This document shows, piece by piece, positions 1 through 9,719 of a stretch of 64,000 bases of DNA. The stretch spans positions 177,232-241,231 of the forward strand of contig CAZQWH010000002.1 in NCBI GenBank assembly GCA_964597145.1. The letters run 5' to 3'. The position numbers and the translations under genes were made by a program. Position 1 is the stretch's first letter, and each line of letters starts with the position of its first letter. This DNA is from an uncultured Candidatus Saccharibacteria bacterium (lineage in GTDB: Bacteria > Patescibacteriota > CAZHWT01). The notes under the pieces are model-generated. The model did no database searches. It was not told where the DNA came from and saw only the letters and a list, made by a program, of their open reading frames with translations.

Positions 1-2
1 GT

Positions 3-85
3 GCTAATGCCGACTTCGACTCTGTGTCATTCGAGCAAATGCGTGAAGAAGAAGAAAGTACCTACAACGCTCGCGACGAATATTA
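3..85 (+). CDS. 3' end of an unidentified + strand CDS running into the window edge (frame 3 ends ...ARDEY*)
   Basis: Open frame from the window start to TAA at 83-85, followed by a hairpin at 125-158. No motif recognised. Confidence 0.25.
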
Positions 86-124
86 AAAACCCATCGGCCT
101 TAAAAGACCGCCAGTAAATTGGTA

Positions 125-158
125 AACCCTCAGCTGCGTTACAACAAGCTGAGGGTTT
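125..158. terminator. Stem-loop (aaccctcagct / agctgagggtt) between convergent genes; possible weak bidirectional terminator
   Basis: 11-bp inverted repeat seen directly; only a short T-run follows. Confidence 0.35.
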
Positions 159-225
159 AGGTAAGTTAATAAATTAATCCAATCGACACTCAAAAAGTAA
201 TTGTACACTAGGCCGATGCGCACTA

Positions 226-1116
226 TTAAATCAAATCATCTTCACCAAATGCTGATTCAATAGGTGCTGGGGCAGCAGTAGCTTCCTCAGGTGTAGCCTT
301 AGGCTTTACCGATGAGGAGGCTGGCTCAGCTGACTTAGAGGTAGTCTCGGCGCTCTTGTTTCGTGACAAGCTCGATTTGCCCTCGCTCCGACCAGCCTTC
401 TTGGGCTTATTAGTAGTTGACTTAGTTTTCGACTTAGACGAATGAGCTGGTTTAACCTCTTCAGATCTAGGCGCATTGGGCGTCGCTCCGGAGCCCGAGC
501 TCGCAGCCTCGGCAACTACTTCGGGTGCCACCACCTGTTCCGGCGCATGGGCCACCGGCATTGCTTGGGGCACCACTGGAGCTGGGCCACTCTCCTCCGC
601 CAATACTGGTTGGACTGCAGGAAGTACTGTAGAGCTTGCTTCTCCTGGATGGTGATTAACAACCTTTTCTACCGCCGCCCAACTACCTTTAGGGTGCTGC
701 TTAGGGTATTGAATAAAGACTTGGTCACCAACTTCCCCATTATAGTGCTTAATGGCTGCCGAAAGAACTTTAAACGAGCCTTCTTCAGTTAGCACTTCAT
801 ACTTGCCATCTTTTTTGACCAACACCCCGTGGGTCTTTACTCGCTCCACTTTACCAATTTGCTTATACCTCGTTTGCCCCCCATCTTTCCCCTCGATCAT
901 ACGCACTGAGTCGCCTGGGACAAGCATGGTTTTTGAAGCATAATTAGGGGGGACTTGGTGCCGTTTACCACCATCTTCAACCATAAATTCACCATCAAAT
1001 ATGCCAACCACGCCTTCCTGAGATGGGTTGCTTTGACCTATGGCCTGCTTTAAAATAACCAGCTGTTCTTCAATCGCTTGAATCGCTTGGGCAAGTTGTT
1101 GATTAGTAACGGACAT
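226..1116 (-). CDS. Hypothetical protein; structured N-terminal half (~160 aa) followed by a Pro/Ala/Ser/Lys-rich low-complexity tail ending in acidic ...FGEDDLI
   Basis: 296-aa ORF with no recognisable catalytic motif. It lies 18 bp downstream of the large ATPase gene on the same strand. Confidence 0.5.
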   Translation of the reverse strand: MSVTNQQLAQAIQAIEEQLVILKQAIGQSNPSQEGVVGIFDGEFMVEDGGKRHQVPPNYASKTMLVPGDSVRMIEGKDGGQTRYKQIGKVERVKTHGVLVKKDGKYEVLTEEGSFKVLSAAIKHYNGEVGDQVFIQYPKQHPKGSWAAVEKVVNHHPGEASSTVLPAVQPVLAEESGPAPVVPQAMPVAHAPEQVVAPEVVAEAASSGSGATPNAPRSEEVKPAHSSKSKTKSTTNKPKKAGRSEGKSSLSRNKSAETTSKSAEPASSSVKPKATPEEATAAPAPIESAFGEDDLI

Positions 1117-1134
1117 GAGTAAACTCCTTTAACC

Positions 1135-3987
1135 TTATGAATCTGATTTACTTGGATTGTGCTGCCGGGGAGGTAAAATAATTTCCCCACTTGAGCCCGA
1201 AGTGGCTATGTGGCGAATCTGAGAATACCCTACTCCACCAGGCACTCCTTGGATCACTCGTGGTGTAACCCGATGGGGTCGGCTCACTTCATCCGATGGG
1301 GATGATGCCTCAGAATTCACCACCACCTTCGAAGCAGCTCCATCATGCTTGGTTTGGTTAAGATGACCATTCGACGCAATTCGACGCTCTGTCTTGGGCC
1401 TAATAACCGTCTCCGCTGGCGCCGACTCGGCTAGTTGATCATCTACTACTGCAGGCAAATCATTGGTAGCCTCTGCGGCAATTACTCCAGTATGGCTTGC
1501 ATTGCTTACGCCACTGCCAGATAATCGCTCTTGTTCCGCCTTTTGACGCAAAGTGGTAATAATTGTGCGAGCTTCATGGGGATTATAGTTAAATTTCTTA
1601 ATATTCCACTTCGCAATCTTTTCCTCCACTTCAGTTACAGGAGTAGCATAGACCCGACGAGAATGTTCAATAATTGCTTGGCGGTGCCCCTCGTGTCGGG
1701 CAATTGGCGGTAAGGTTGCGGCGCTAAACGGACGCGATTCCATTCCGTCAATCATCAGCTTGAGATAAATATGATGCTTCTCTAAGCTAACTAAATCTTC
1801 AGCTGCAAATACTGGTGCAAACTGGCTAGCCAAAGTCGCCGCATCATTTGGACCAACCGTAAACGCAATCGTACTGCCCACGTTACCAAATACTGCCTGT
1901 CGAACTGCCTCAGGCATTTGATCTATAAACTGGTGGGTAATAATTAGGTTAAGCCGATACTTACGAGCCTCAGACAATATTTCGGCAAATGAATCGGTCG
2001 CAAAGTTTTGGAACTCATCAGCATATACGTAAAAATCTCGCCGCTGGTCTTCCGGCATATTAACCCGTGTCATCGCTGCGCTCTTGAGCCGGGCAATAAT
2101 CATAGATCCCAGTAAAGCCGAGTTATCATTACCAATCTTACCCTTCGAAAGATTAACGAGCAAAATCTTGCCTTCGTTCATGATTTCATCAATCTTAATC
2201 GTCGACTTTGATTGACCCATGATATTTCTAATGGTGGATGTCTGCAGGAACTGGCCAACTTTATTTTGAATTGGCGACACAGCTTCGGTAATCAATCGGT
2301 CATTTGAGGACATCTTGGCATATTCGACCTGCCAAAAAGCCCGGAGTTGCTCATCCTCAAGCCCGCTAACCACAAACCTACGGTAGTCCTTGTCGAGCAA
2401 TAGTCGGTTCACTCCCAGCAATGTGCTGTTGGGAGTCTCAGCTAACGTCAGGAAGCAGTTACGGAGTAAATATTCTAATCGAGGCCCCCATGAGTCAAAG
2501 GTCCGCTTAAACACATCAACCATGGCTGAAGCAGTGAGATTTTTTTGTGTCGGATCGATAAGCTCCAGCATATTCAGACTCACCGGATTTGCCGCATCGG
2601 ATGGGTCAAATAGAACGACATCCTTAACCCTCTCTTCAGGTATATTATCCAGCAACTTTTCAATCATATCCCCGTGCGGATCCATCACGGCGACACCTTC
2701 GCCAGCCAAAATATCTTGTAGCACCATATTCTCCATCAAAGTCGACTTACCTGTACCAGTTTTTCCAATCATGTACATGTGCCGACGACGATCTGCTCGA
2801 TTAATCCCAAATTTTACTTCTCGATTACGGAAAGCCGTTTTAGCAAAAACGGTATCAACATCTTGCGGCAAATCTAAAGGCGGTTCGGCCTGCTTTGCTT
2901 TACTCCAAGCAATGGTTGGCGTTTCTACCGACAGATTAGGCAAATGATAAATGGAGGCTAACTCTTCTGCATTAAGCACAAAGTAGTTCTCATCATCGCC
3001 AGGGAAAATACGCCCTTGATACTCATGAAAAATTTCTTCAGCCCGGCGCTCTACCGGAGAAGGGCGAAAGCTATTGAGGTGAGTCATAGAAAACTGCTTC
3101 AACGAAGCCATAATCGAAGCCAGCGCTTGCTGTGAACCCTGTTCGGTTTGGCTAATCGAAACAATCCGCAAGGAGGTTTCAAACCCCAGTTTGGTCATTT
3201 TATTCTCAATTGCTTTCAGCTCTAGTTCCTGGCCAGAACTAAGCTTGGGTGGCCCTTCAGGCTTCTTCTCCTCAGCCGTCGATCCAACCGCCGTCGATAA
3301 AATCCACAATGGCATCGTAATCAACTCATTAACAATACTTTTGATCACCGAAGCAATAAAATTCTCTTGCGGCTCTAAAGACTTACCACTACGAATTTTT
3401 TCCACATACTCATAACCAGCTTCTTGCCAAATATCATCGAGAGGGCGCAGCAGAATTTGCATCCAGACTTGTTCACCCGGATTTAAACGCTCTACCGAAC
3501 CAGTAATAGCAGCCAAAGGATCGACTTGAAAATCAACGAAAGTTTTAATTGGGTAGAAATACTCTTTATTCAACGTAACTTCGGCCGCGGTCACGATCGC
3601 AGTGTTAGAACTAAAGTGGTGGGCGTAATCAATTTCCACCTCAGAAATTTGAGCCGTTGGATACTGCGCGTAAATTTGACCTTCAACAAAAGTCCGGAAG
3701 TAAGTTGGCAGATAAACGTAAAACCGAATCCCATCGTTAGTCGCCACAATTTCAAAACTAAGATGCTCTTGTAGTCCTGGAGTTTTAGATAATAAGCCAT
3801 GCAAAGAGGCGAACATCATTTCGGCGGATAACGGAGTTTTGTCGTTAAGTTTTGGAACCAGAATGGACAATAAAGTGCCCGTAGCAATCTCTTGCGGCTC
3901 TTCTACTTCTTCCACTCGTCGGCCAGCCACAGTCCAGGCAACCAGGATGGTTCCAGTGACAAATAAGGCAAGTACCAGCAATAACAT
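1135..3987 (-). CDS. Membrane-anchored P-loop ATPase of the FtsK/HerA/TraD-VirD4 (DUF87/AAA_10-like) type; possible type IV secretion or conjugative-transfer ATPase
   Basis: N-terminal hydrophobic segment (LLLVLALFVTGTILVAWTVAG). Walker A is MYMIGKTGTGKST and Walker-B-like is FYVYADEFQNF. 950 aa. The sub-family is inferred. Confidence 0.55.
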   Translation of the reverse strand: MLLLVLALFVTGTILVAWTVAGRRVEEVEEPQEIATGTLLSILVPKLNDKTPLSAEMMFASLHGLLSKTPGLQEHLSFEIVATNDGIRFYVYLPTYFRTFVEGQIYAQYPTAQISEVEIDYAHHFSSNTAIVTAAEVTLNKEYFYPIKTFVDFQVDPLAAITGSVERLNPGEQVWMQILLRPLDDIWQEAGYEYVEKIRSGKSLEPQENFIASVIKSIVNELITMPLWILSTAVGSTAEEKKPEGPPKLSSGQELELKAIENKMTKLGFETSLRIVSISQTEQGSQQALASIMASLKQFSMTHLNSFRPSPVERRAEEIFHEYQGRIFPGDDENYFVLNAEELASIYHLPNLSVETPTIAWSKAKQAEPPLDLPQDVDTVFAKTAFRNREVKFGINRADRRRHMYMIGKTGTGKSTLMENMVLQDILAGEGVAVMDPHGDMIEKLLDNIPEERVKDVVLFDPSDAANPVSLNMLELIDPTQKNLTASAMVDVFKRTFDSWGPRLEYLLRNCFLTLAETPNSTLLGVNRLLLDKDYRRFVVSGLEDEQLRAFWQVEYAKMSSNDRLITEAVSPIQNKVGQFLQTSTIRNIMGQSKSTIKIDEIMNEGKILLVNLSKGKIGNDNSALLGSMIIARLKSAAMTRVNMPEDQRRDFYVYADEFQNFATDSFAEILSEARKYRLNLIITHQFIDQMPEAVRQAVFGNVGSTIAFTVGPNDAATLASQFAPVFAAEDLVSLEKHHIYLKLMIDGMESRPFSAATLPPIARHEGHRQAIIEHSRRVYATPVTEVEEKIAKWNIKKFNYNPHEARTIITTLRQKAEQERLSGSGVSNASHTGVIAAEATNDLPAVVDDQLAESAPAETVIRPKTERRIASNGHLNQTKHDGAASKVVVNSEASSPSDEVSRPHRVTPRVIQGVPGGVGYSQIRHIATSGSSGEIILPPRQHNPSKSDS

Positions 3988-4086
3988 ACAAATCCTCTTC
4001 TCCTTGGATAGCGCGCAGGTAAAAGGCTAATTTTTTGGCCGTCTGGCGCCTACAAGTGACCTAATTTTATCATACAGATCAGGGTG

Positions 4087-4115
4087 TTGACAAATCATCA
4101 CCATCATACTATAAT
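4087..4115 (+). promoter_or_regulatory. Perfect consensus sigma70 promoter: TTGACA, 17 bp spacer, TATAAT
   Basis: TTGACA at 4087-4092 and TATAAT at 4110-4115 with an exact 17-nt spacer, read directly from the sequence. Confidence 0.6.
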
Positions 4116-4121
4116 GCCTTT

Positions 4122-4246
4122 GTCTCTCTCCTTTCTTCGTTCTGCGCGAGAGATGGATAGTGTTTATTTCTTGAGAAGTAGACAGTATCCATCTCTCACT
4201 GTAGAACAAGCAAAAAGGCCGCCCAAAATCAGGCGGCTTTTTTGTT
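4122..4246 (+). ncRNA. Candidate small RNA (~125 nt) between the consensus promoter and the intrinsic terminator; contains a 12-bp stem (GAGAGATGGATA / TATCCATCTCTC)
   Basis: Promoter and Rho-independent terminator bracket a hairpin-rich segment with no credible ORF. The only ORF here, 4084..4341, runs through the terminator. Confidence 0.4.
4211..4246. terminator. Rho-independent terminator, bidirectional (A-run, GCCGCC stem, GGCGGC, T6)
   Basis: GC stem flanked by A5 and T6. It serves the putative + strand sRNA and the minus-strand gene ending at 4429. Confidence 0.6.
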
Positions 4247-4428
4247 GCCTAAAACACTTCACACCGGCGCTATCTTACTATGTATATTGTAGAAGAATAA
4301 ATACAGCTCAAACAGGGTTGCCCATGGGCCACTCTGGTTAGCCAAATTGTACTTAGTTAGGTAATGATAAACTCATTAGCCATACATAACGGCAGGATAG
4401 TTACAGGCAAATGACTAGATCCAAGTTC

Positions 4429-5436
4429 CTATTTCCCCAGTCGCGATAAAGCGTCCGTCCCAATAACGAGCTCGACATCGGCCCGCTCTCTACCTGTCTG
4501 TGGCTGAATCGTAGTCGGCACGCCAAGAAACTGGTTAATCGACCGGGTTAAACTCGTGTTGGTTTCAGCCGTAATACTAGACCCAGTTTGGGCCGTGTCA
4601 GCCGGTTCAACAGCTATCACTTCCCCACCCATATTGGCCACAAAGCGGCTAGCTAAAGCGGCCAGCCCATCCACATGAGTCGCATTTTTAACCACAATAC
4701 TAGTCGCCTCATGTCGCACTGCATCAGAAATAAATAAATTCTGGACAATCGGATCGGTTACATCTGGCACAAGCTGAAGTTTGCCATCAGTGGTTTGCTT
4801 GGCTGTTGCTGGCAACTGCACAACAGTCGACTGGCTCACGGGTAAGTCTCTAAGCAACCAAGCCAGTTGAAGTAATTGCCATTCAGACAGGTTGGTCGCT
4901 ACCGACGACGCGGAATCCAACCACAAGGGCAACCCAATCGTAGTCGACCACCAGTCGGGTGGGGTGTGCAAGCTAAAACTCTCTACTAACGATGTTTTTC
5001 TATCCACCTCTGTCACGCGCGGTTGAATAATGTATCCAGTTACCGCTAACGCCAACTGCCCTTCAATAGCTAATTGCATTTCTTTGTAATAATGGCTTTC
5101 AAGATATTGCCCAACTTCAGTCACTCCATCAGAAAGATTAAGCGGAAGTCTAAGCGCGGCAACAGTTCGCTGTTCAAAGTCGGCCTTAAGGATAGTTAAC
5201 GAATCCAGCTGAGCCGCCTGATTGGACTGTTGGGCAATTACCAGTACTGGAGATTGGGTAGATGTGGCAATAAAATCATGGCCATTAACTGCGGGCAGAG
5301 GCTCAATCTTTTGCCAAAGCTGCACCATAGTCGCCCCTAGCCAGCCAACCGTCCCCACCACTACCCCAAACACTACCAGTTTGACTAATAATCCTCCACC
5401 CTTTCTTCTCCTAGCTTTTGATCGTCGACGACTCAT
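4429..5436 (-). CDS. Membrane-anchored envelope protein, tentatively a degenerate LytR-CpsA-Psr (LCP)-like protein
   Basis: Basic N-terminus (RRRSKARRRKGGG) plus one TM helix. The LCP-like spacing (VLVIAQQSN...LDSLTILKAD...LRLPLNL) lacks the canonical Arg residues. Overlaps tgt by 4 bp. Confidence 0.3.
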   Translation of the reverse strand: MSRRRSKARRRKGGGLLVKLVVFGVVVGTVGWLGATMVQLWQKIEPLPAVNGHDFIATSTQSPVLVIAQQSNQAAQLDSLTILKADFEQRTVAALRLPLNLSDGVTEVGQYLESHYYKEMQLAIEGQLALAVTGYIIQPRVTEVDRKTSLVESFSLHTPPDWWSTTIGLPLWLDSASSVATNLSEWQLLQLAWLLRDLPVSQSTVVQLPATAKQTTDGKLQLVPDVTDPIVQNLFISDAVRHEATSIVVKNATHVDGLAALASRFVANMGGEVIAVEPADTAQTGSSITAETNTSLTRSINQFLGVPTTIQPQTGRERADVELVIGTDALSRLGK

Positions 5437-6695
5437 ACCAAATATTCCTGCTTAAGTTGTGCAAATTCGTTATTCTCTAAACTGTGTTGTATTCTTTTGG
5501 TCAACGCCACCAAAGCATAAACATTATGGTACGAAGCCAACCGGATCGCTAATAACTCTCCCGCTTTAAATAAATGATTCAGATAGGCCCGAGTATAGGT
5601 TGTACATACCCAACAATCACAGCTCGGATCTGGAGGGCTAAAATCAGACTGGTATTTTTGATTAGTAATAATCAAGCGATAGGGATTAGCCGAGCCCTCT
5701 GTCTTAGCTGTTTGAGGATGAACTACCAAAGTACCAGTCCGAGCCCAACGAGTTGGAGTAACGCAATCAAACGTATCAATTCCCTGCTCTACGCCCATAA
5801 AGATATCATCTATATCCCCTACCCCTAACAGGTGACGCGGTTTTTGCGGGTCAAGCAAGGGCGTGCTCCACTCAACTGCCTGACGCATAATAGTTTTAGA
5901 TTCACCCACCGAAACCCCGCCCACACAGTAGCCATCAAAGTCAAGGCTGTCAATGTAGCTGGCCGAGTCTCTGCGCAAATCAGGATAGGCCCCACCCTGC
6001 ACAATGCCATATAAAAACTGATGGGATTGTTTATGTTTTTGATGATAAGTCAGGCCTCGTTTAGCCCAACGATGGGTGCGTTCGGTAGCTTGCTTAGTAT
6101 ATTCCCAGGTCGAAGGGTGCGGCGGACATTCGTCGAAAGACAAAATAACATCTGCCCCTAGCTTATGCTGAATTTCCAGAGATTTTTCTGGAGTAAAACG
6201 ATGAAGATGCCCATTCAAATGGGAACGGAAAGTTACCCCCTCTTCGTCAACTCTAGCTAGTAGTTGAGGCCGGTTAAGCGTCAGACCCTCAGGCACAGCA
6301 TTAAGGGCATCAGACGCGACTTTCTTTCCCTCTTGCTTGCCTGCCCTCTCGGCTCTGGCTTTATGTTTTTCCAGTTTCCCCAACCCTAGACTAAAGACCT
6401 GAAAGCCGCCACTATCAGTAAACAGCGCCCCAGGCCAATTTTGAAATGCATGCAAACCGCCCGCCCGCGCTATAATATCCGGGCCAGGTCGCAAATATAA
6501 ATGATAAGTATTACCCAAAATCATCCGCGCGCCAATTTGCCACAGTTCAGCTTGGGATAACGATTTTACCGTACCCTGGGTTCCAACCGGTAAAAATGCT
6601 GGCGTGTCAATATCACCATGTGCGGTCCGAATGCGACCTCGACGAGCTAAAGACTTTTTATCCGATTGCAGCAAACTATAAAATGGCATGGTCAC
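5433..6695 (-). CDS. tgt: Queuine tRNA-ribosyltransferase (tRNA-guanine transglycosylase) with an internal Lys/Glu-rich insertion
   Basis: FLPVGTQGTVK and DCVTPTR motifs; zinc site CDCWVCTTYTRAYLNHL (CxCxxC...H). Confidence 0.9.
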   Translation of the reverse strand: MTMPFYSLLQSDKKSLARRGRIRTAHGDIDTPAFLPVGTQGTVKSLSQAELWQIGARMILGNTYHLYLRPGPDIIARAGGLHAFQNWPGALFTDSGGFQVFSLGLGKLEKHKARAERAGKQEGKKVASDALNAVPEGLTLNRPQLLARVDEEGVTFRSHLNGHLHRFTPEKSLEIQHKLGADVILSFDECPPHPSTWEYTKQATERTHRWAKRGLTYHQKHKQSHQFLYGIVQGGAYPDLRRDSASYIDSLDFDGYCVGGVSVGESKTIMRQAVEWSTPLLDPQKPRHLLGVGDIDDIFMGVEQGIDTFDCVTPTRWARTGTLVVHPQTAKTEGSANPYRLIITNQKYQSDFSPPDPSCDCWVCTTYTRAYLNHLFKAGELLAIRLASYHNVYALVALTKRIQHSLENNEFAQLKQEYLV

Positions 6696-8402
6696 TTATC
6701 GCCCTAAGAAGCCCTGAGCCGACAGGTATTGCAAATGCAGCAGCTTAGCTGGCTCTAACTGGCTTAAGTCGGCAAGGTGATCCTTGACAACTTGGGCCAT
6801 AGCGTTACTGCCTATAAGTTTAGGGATAATAACATACGACGCGCCTATCCGATAATAGGTTAAAGCATCACTAATAGTGCTCGCAGTCACAATAATTTGA
6901 CATCTTACGTTGTGCTCTTTCAGCTGTCGCAGCAAATGCAACGTTGCCTCATGCTGGGGAATAGTCGAAATAATCAGCTGGGCCTGGGCTATACCAGCCT
7001 GGTGCAACACTGTTTCGTCGGTCGCGTCGCCATAAATAGCTGGGTAACCATTTTCGGCTAGTACAGCAATCCGATCCGGGTCAAAATCAACCACCACCAC
7101 CTTATGTGAACCGTGCTGGAGAGCATCTACAACATCCGAACCCAGCCGATGCGCACCCATAATAATAATATGATCCCGCCATTTCTGCTGCTTAACCCGT
7201 CGCTCACGGTAGTCGGGCCTCTCAAGCAAAAGCAGGAATGGGCGAAGCTTGTGGTATATAGCGTGCTCATGTTTAACCACAATGCTTGAAACCAACATGG
7301 TAATCAGTACGGTTAGGGTAATCAGTGATCCTTGCTGAGCAGATAAATGATGATTGGCTACACCAAGGGCCCCCAGTACTAAGGAAAACTCACCAATTTG
7401 ACTCATAAGCAACGACGCAAAAAAGGCTGTATGGCGTTTATAGCCAAACCTCCCCAATAGGATAGCGGTAACCAATGGATTAAGGACAATAACCACGGCG
7501 CTTAGCACAATCGCCGGCAGTATAATTTGCAGTGGTGAAGAAATAGTAATCTGTAACCCAAGAGTAATAAAAAATAGCACGACAAAAAAATCACGCAGCG
7601 GCTTAATCCGCCCAGCTATCTGGTATTGGTAGCTCGACGAGGACAAACCTAAACCAGCCAAGAACGCCCCAATCTCAACCGAGAAGCCAAACACTTGAGC
7701 AATAGCTGCTCCAAAGATACACCAAGCAATGCTGGCCAGGAGCAGCAATTCAGATGAATCAGCAATATGGCGAAAGATTTTAGGCAAAACATGCTGGCTA
7801 AAAAACACATGTGCCGTCACCAATAATGCACCCTTGCTCAGCATCAACCCAACTTCAATTAGTCCTACCGAGCCGCCGCTACTATTGGCGCTTAAGCTTG
7901 AAAGGATAATAATCGCAATTACCGCTACAATGTCTTGAACCAAATGCAAGACCATATCTAATTTGCCATACAGCGTCTCGGTCGCATTTTTATCATTTAA
8001 GTATTTAACCGATATAACCGCCGAAGCGATAGTCATGGCCAAGGCTACATAAATCGAGGGCATAATACCCATCCCCAACCAAATAACAACACTAAAGCTA
8101 ATGGTGGCTACAATCGCAATTTGAGCCAAGGCCGTCACAATCGCGGTGCGCCCGAGTCGCGTTATGCTTTTAATATTGAGTTCTAAACCCACCAGGAACA
8201 ATAAGAAGGCTATGCCAAGTTCCGAAAAGAAGTGCAAGCTCTCGGGCTCATGGATATATTGGCTACCCAAAATCCCGACCACTATACCAGTAAAAATATA
8301 GGCAAAAAACAACGGCTGCTTAAGTTTGTGACAAATAAGGCCAACTATGGCCGCTACTAACAGTAAGCTTCCAAGCTGTAATAATAAGGATTCAGCGAAC
8401 AT
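6696..8402 (-). CDS. Monovalent cation:proton antiporter-2 (Kef-type K+ efflux) with a C-terminal TrkA-N/RCK domain
   Basis: About 12 TM helices followed by the Rossmann motif IIIMGAHRLGSDVVDAL. Confidence 0.85.
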   Translation of the reverse strand: MFAESLLLQLGSLLLVAAIVGLICHKLKQPLFFAYIFTGIVVGILGSQYIHEPESLHFFSELGIAFLLFLVGLELNIKSITRLGRTAIVTALAQIAIVATISFSVVIWLGMGIMPSIYVALAMTIASAVISVKYLNDKNATETLYGKLDMVLHLVQDIVAVIAIIILSSLSANSSGGSVGLIEVGLMLSKGALLVTAHVFFSQHVLPKIFRHIADSSELLLLASIAWCIFGAAIAQVFGFSVEIGAFLAGLGLSSSSYQYQIAGRIKPLRDFFVVLFFITLGLQITISSPLQIILPAIVLSAVVIVLNPLVTAILLGRFGYKRHTAFFASLLMSQIGEFSLVLGALGVANHHLSAQQGSLITLTVLITMLVSSIVVKHEHAIYHKLRPFLLLLERPDYRERRVKQQKWRDHIIIMGAHRLGSDVVDALQHGSHKVVVVDFDPDRIAVLAENGYPAIYGDATDETVLHQAGIAQAQLIISTIPQHEATLHLLRQLKEHNVRCQIIVTASTISDALTYYRIGASYVIIPKLIGSNAMAQVVKDHLADLSQLEPAKLLHLQYLSAQGFLGR

Positions 8403-8543
8403 GGGCTAGGCAGTGGCGCCACTTTTATATCGAGCAAGTAGCGCAATGACGATTCTATAGTAACAGGAAACCAGGCAGGTTGAAAATGGCCGCCACTCCA
8501 AATCTACCCTAAATTAATGGTATAAAACAGAGTCATAAAAATT

Positions 8544-8569
8544 TAATTATATAATATATTATATAATTA
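8544..8569. repeat. Copy 1 of the 26-bp perfect palindrome taattatataatatattatataatta (followed by a partial extra half-copy)
   Basis: Exact string match to copies at 39859-39884 and 53866-53891; it is its own reverse complement. Confidence 0.9.
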
Positions 8570-8578
8570 ATTATATAA

Positions 8579-9274
8579 TTAATTTACAGGGTTAAGTTGA
8601 TCAATAAACAATTGAAGTTCAGAGGGTAGTGGTGCGTTAAATTCCATTTTTTGCTGTGAGGTAGGATGAAAAAATCCAAGCCGAGCAGCATGCAAAAACT
8701 GCCGCATGCCGGTTGTATCTTTGCGTCGACCATATACCCGGTCGCCTACCAGCGGGTAGCCCATGGCAAAGAGATGGACTCGAGCTTGGTGGGTTCGCCC
8801 TGTATACAGCTTTAAGCGCAGCCGACTAACTGGCTCGTCGTGGTATGTATAAACCTGCTCTCGCCACATCTCAGTTTTAGCCTCTCGTCCTCCATGGTTA
8901 GCCACCACAAATTTATACCCTAGGCTGGGATGGCGCAAAATAGGTGCATCTACTAGTGCATGGGCGTCTATAAATCGCCCCCATACCAATGCCATATATT
9001 CCTTCTCCGTCAGCCGGTGTGCAAATTGACGCTGCAACTCTTTTTGAGCCACCGCCGTTTTGGCCACCACCATCACTCCCGAGGTGTCTCGGTCTAATCG
9101 GTGCACTATCCCCTGCCGCTCTAGCCCAGGAACCTCAGGGAGTAATTCATCTAGGGTTGGTTCAGTGTGAGTATGACTTTTCTGTACAATAAGCCCGGCA
9201 GGCTTATGAATAACCAGGATCTCATCGTCTTGATATAAAATTGGCGGAAAGTCGATTTTTTCAGGATTGCTCAT
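8579..9274 (-). CDS. RluA-family pseudouridine synthase
   Basis: Catalytic motif HRLDRDTSGVMVVAKT. Confidence 0.85.
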   Translation of the reverse strand: MSNPEKIDFPPILYQDDEILVIHKPAGLIVQKSHTHTEPTLDELLPEVPGLERQGIVHRLDRDTSGVMVVAKTAVAQKELQRQFAHRLTEKEYMALVWGRFIDAHALVDAPILRHPSLGYKFVVANHGGREAKTEMWREQVYTYHDEPVSRLRLKLYTGRTHQARVHLFAMGYPLVGDRVYGRRKDTTGMRQFLHAARLGFFHPTSQQKMEFNAPLPSELQLFIDQLNPVN

Positions 9275-9713
9275 GCGCTAAGAATCTACCCACTTCGGCC
9301 AACACTTGGTCTGGCGCCAGAGCCGATTTAACTAAATGGCCTACGGCTCCAAGTGCAAACCCTTCCTGGACGACCGCCTCTTGGCCCAAGTTGGTCAGCA
9401 TCACAATTTGTCCCATCTTTTTCTTACGATCTTCAGGTAACTCTTTTAACACCGTCAGCCCGTCTTTTTTGGGCAACATGATATCTAATAGGACTAAGTC
9501 GTAGGTAGTATGGTTCATTTTATCTAAAGCTACCTCACCATCATCAGCAACTTCCACCTGATATTTTTCTGCAGTCAATAAATCAACATATAAATCTTGT
9601 AAAAATTTGTCATCTTCAACAATTAAAATCGATGCCATAATCCATGCCTCCTTGTGTATGACTAAATAAAACAGTGTGTCGGCCACATTATACCAAATAT
9701 CAGGGTAACTCAC
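9261..9713 (-). CDS. Stand-alone response-regulator receiver (CheY-like) protein
   Basis: ILIVEDD...LLDIMLPKKDG...K; no output domain. Confidence 0.85.
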   Translation of the reverse strand: MSYPDIWYNVADTLFYLVIHKEAWIMASILIVEDDKFLQDLYVDLLTAEKYQVEVADDGEVALDKMNHTTYDLVLLDIMLPKKDGLTVLKELPEDRKKKMGQIVMLTNLGQEAVVQEGFALGAVGHLVKSALAPDQVLAEVGRFLAHEQS

Positions 9714-9719
9714 CTGGTG

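Noticed and set aside
306-943. ORF-track ORFs 306..515(-), 442..792(+) and 752..943(+) overlapping the 226..1116 gene
   Set aside because: They are alternative-frame or antisense to a longer, better-supported CDS and their translations are Arg/Cys-rich junk. Treated as spurious.
4084-4341. 85-aa ORF (MLTNHHHH...) spanning the consensus promoter and terminator
   Set aside because: It starts inside the -35 hexamer and reads through a strong intrinsic terminator with no RBS. The segment is better explained as an sRNA.
8541-8585. AT-rich palindromic copies considered as a CRISPR array or tandem repeat locus
   Set aside because: The three copies are single and dispersed (8.5, 39.9, 53.9 kb) with no regularly spaced repeat-spacer structure and no cas genes. 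Reported as a dispersed palindrome instead.
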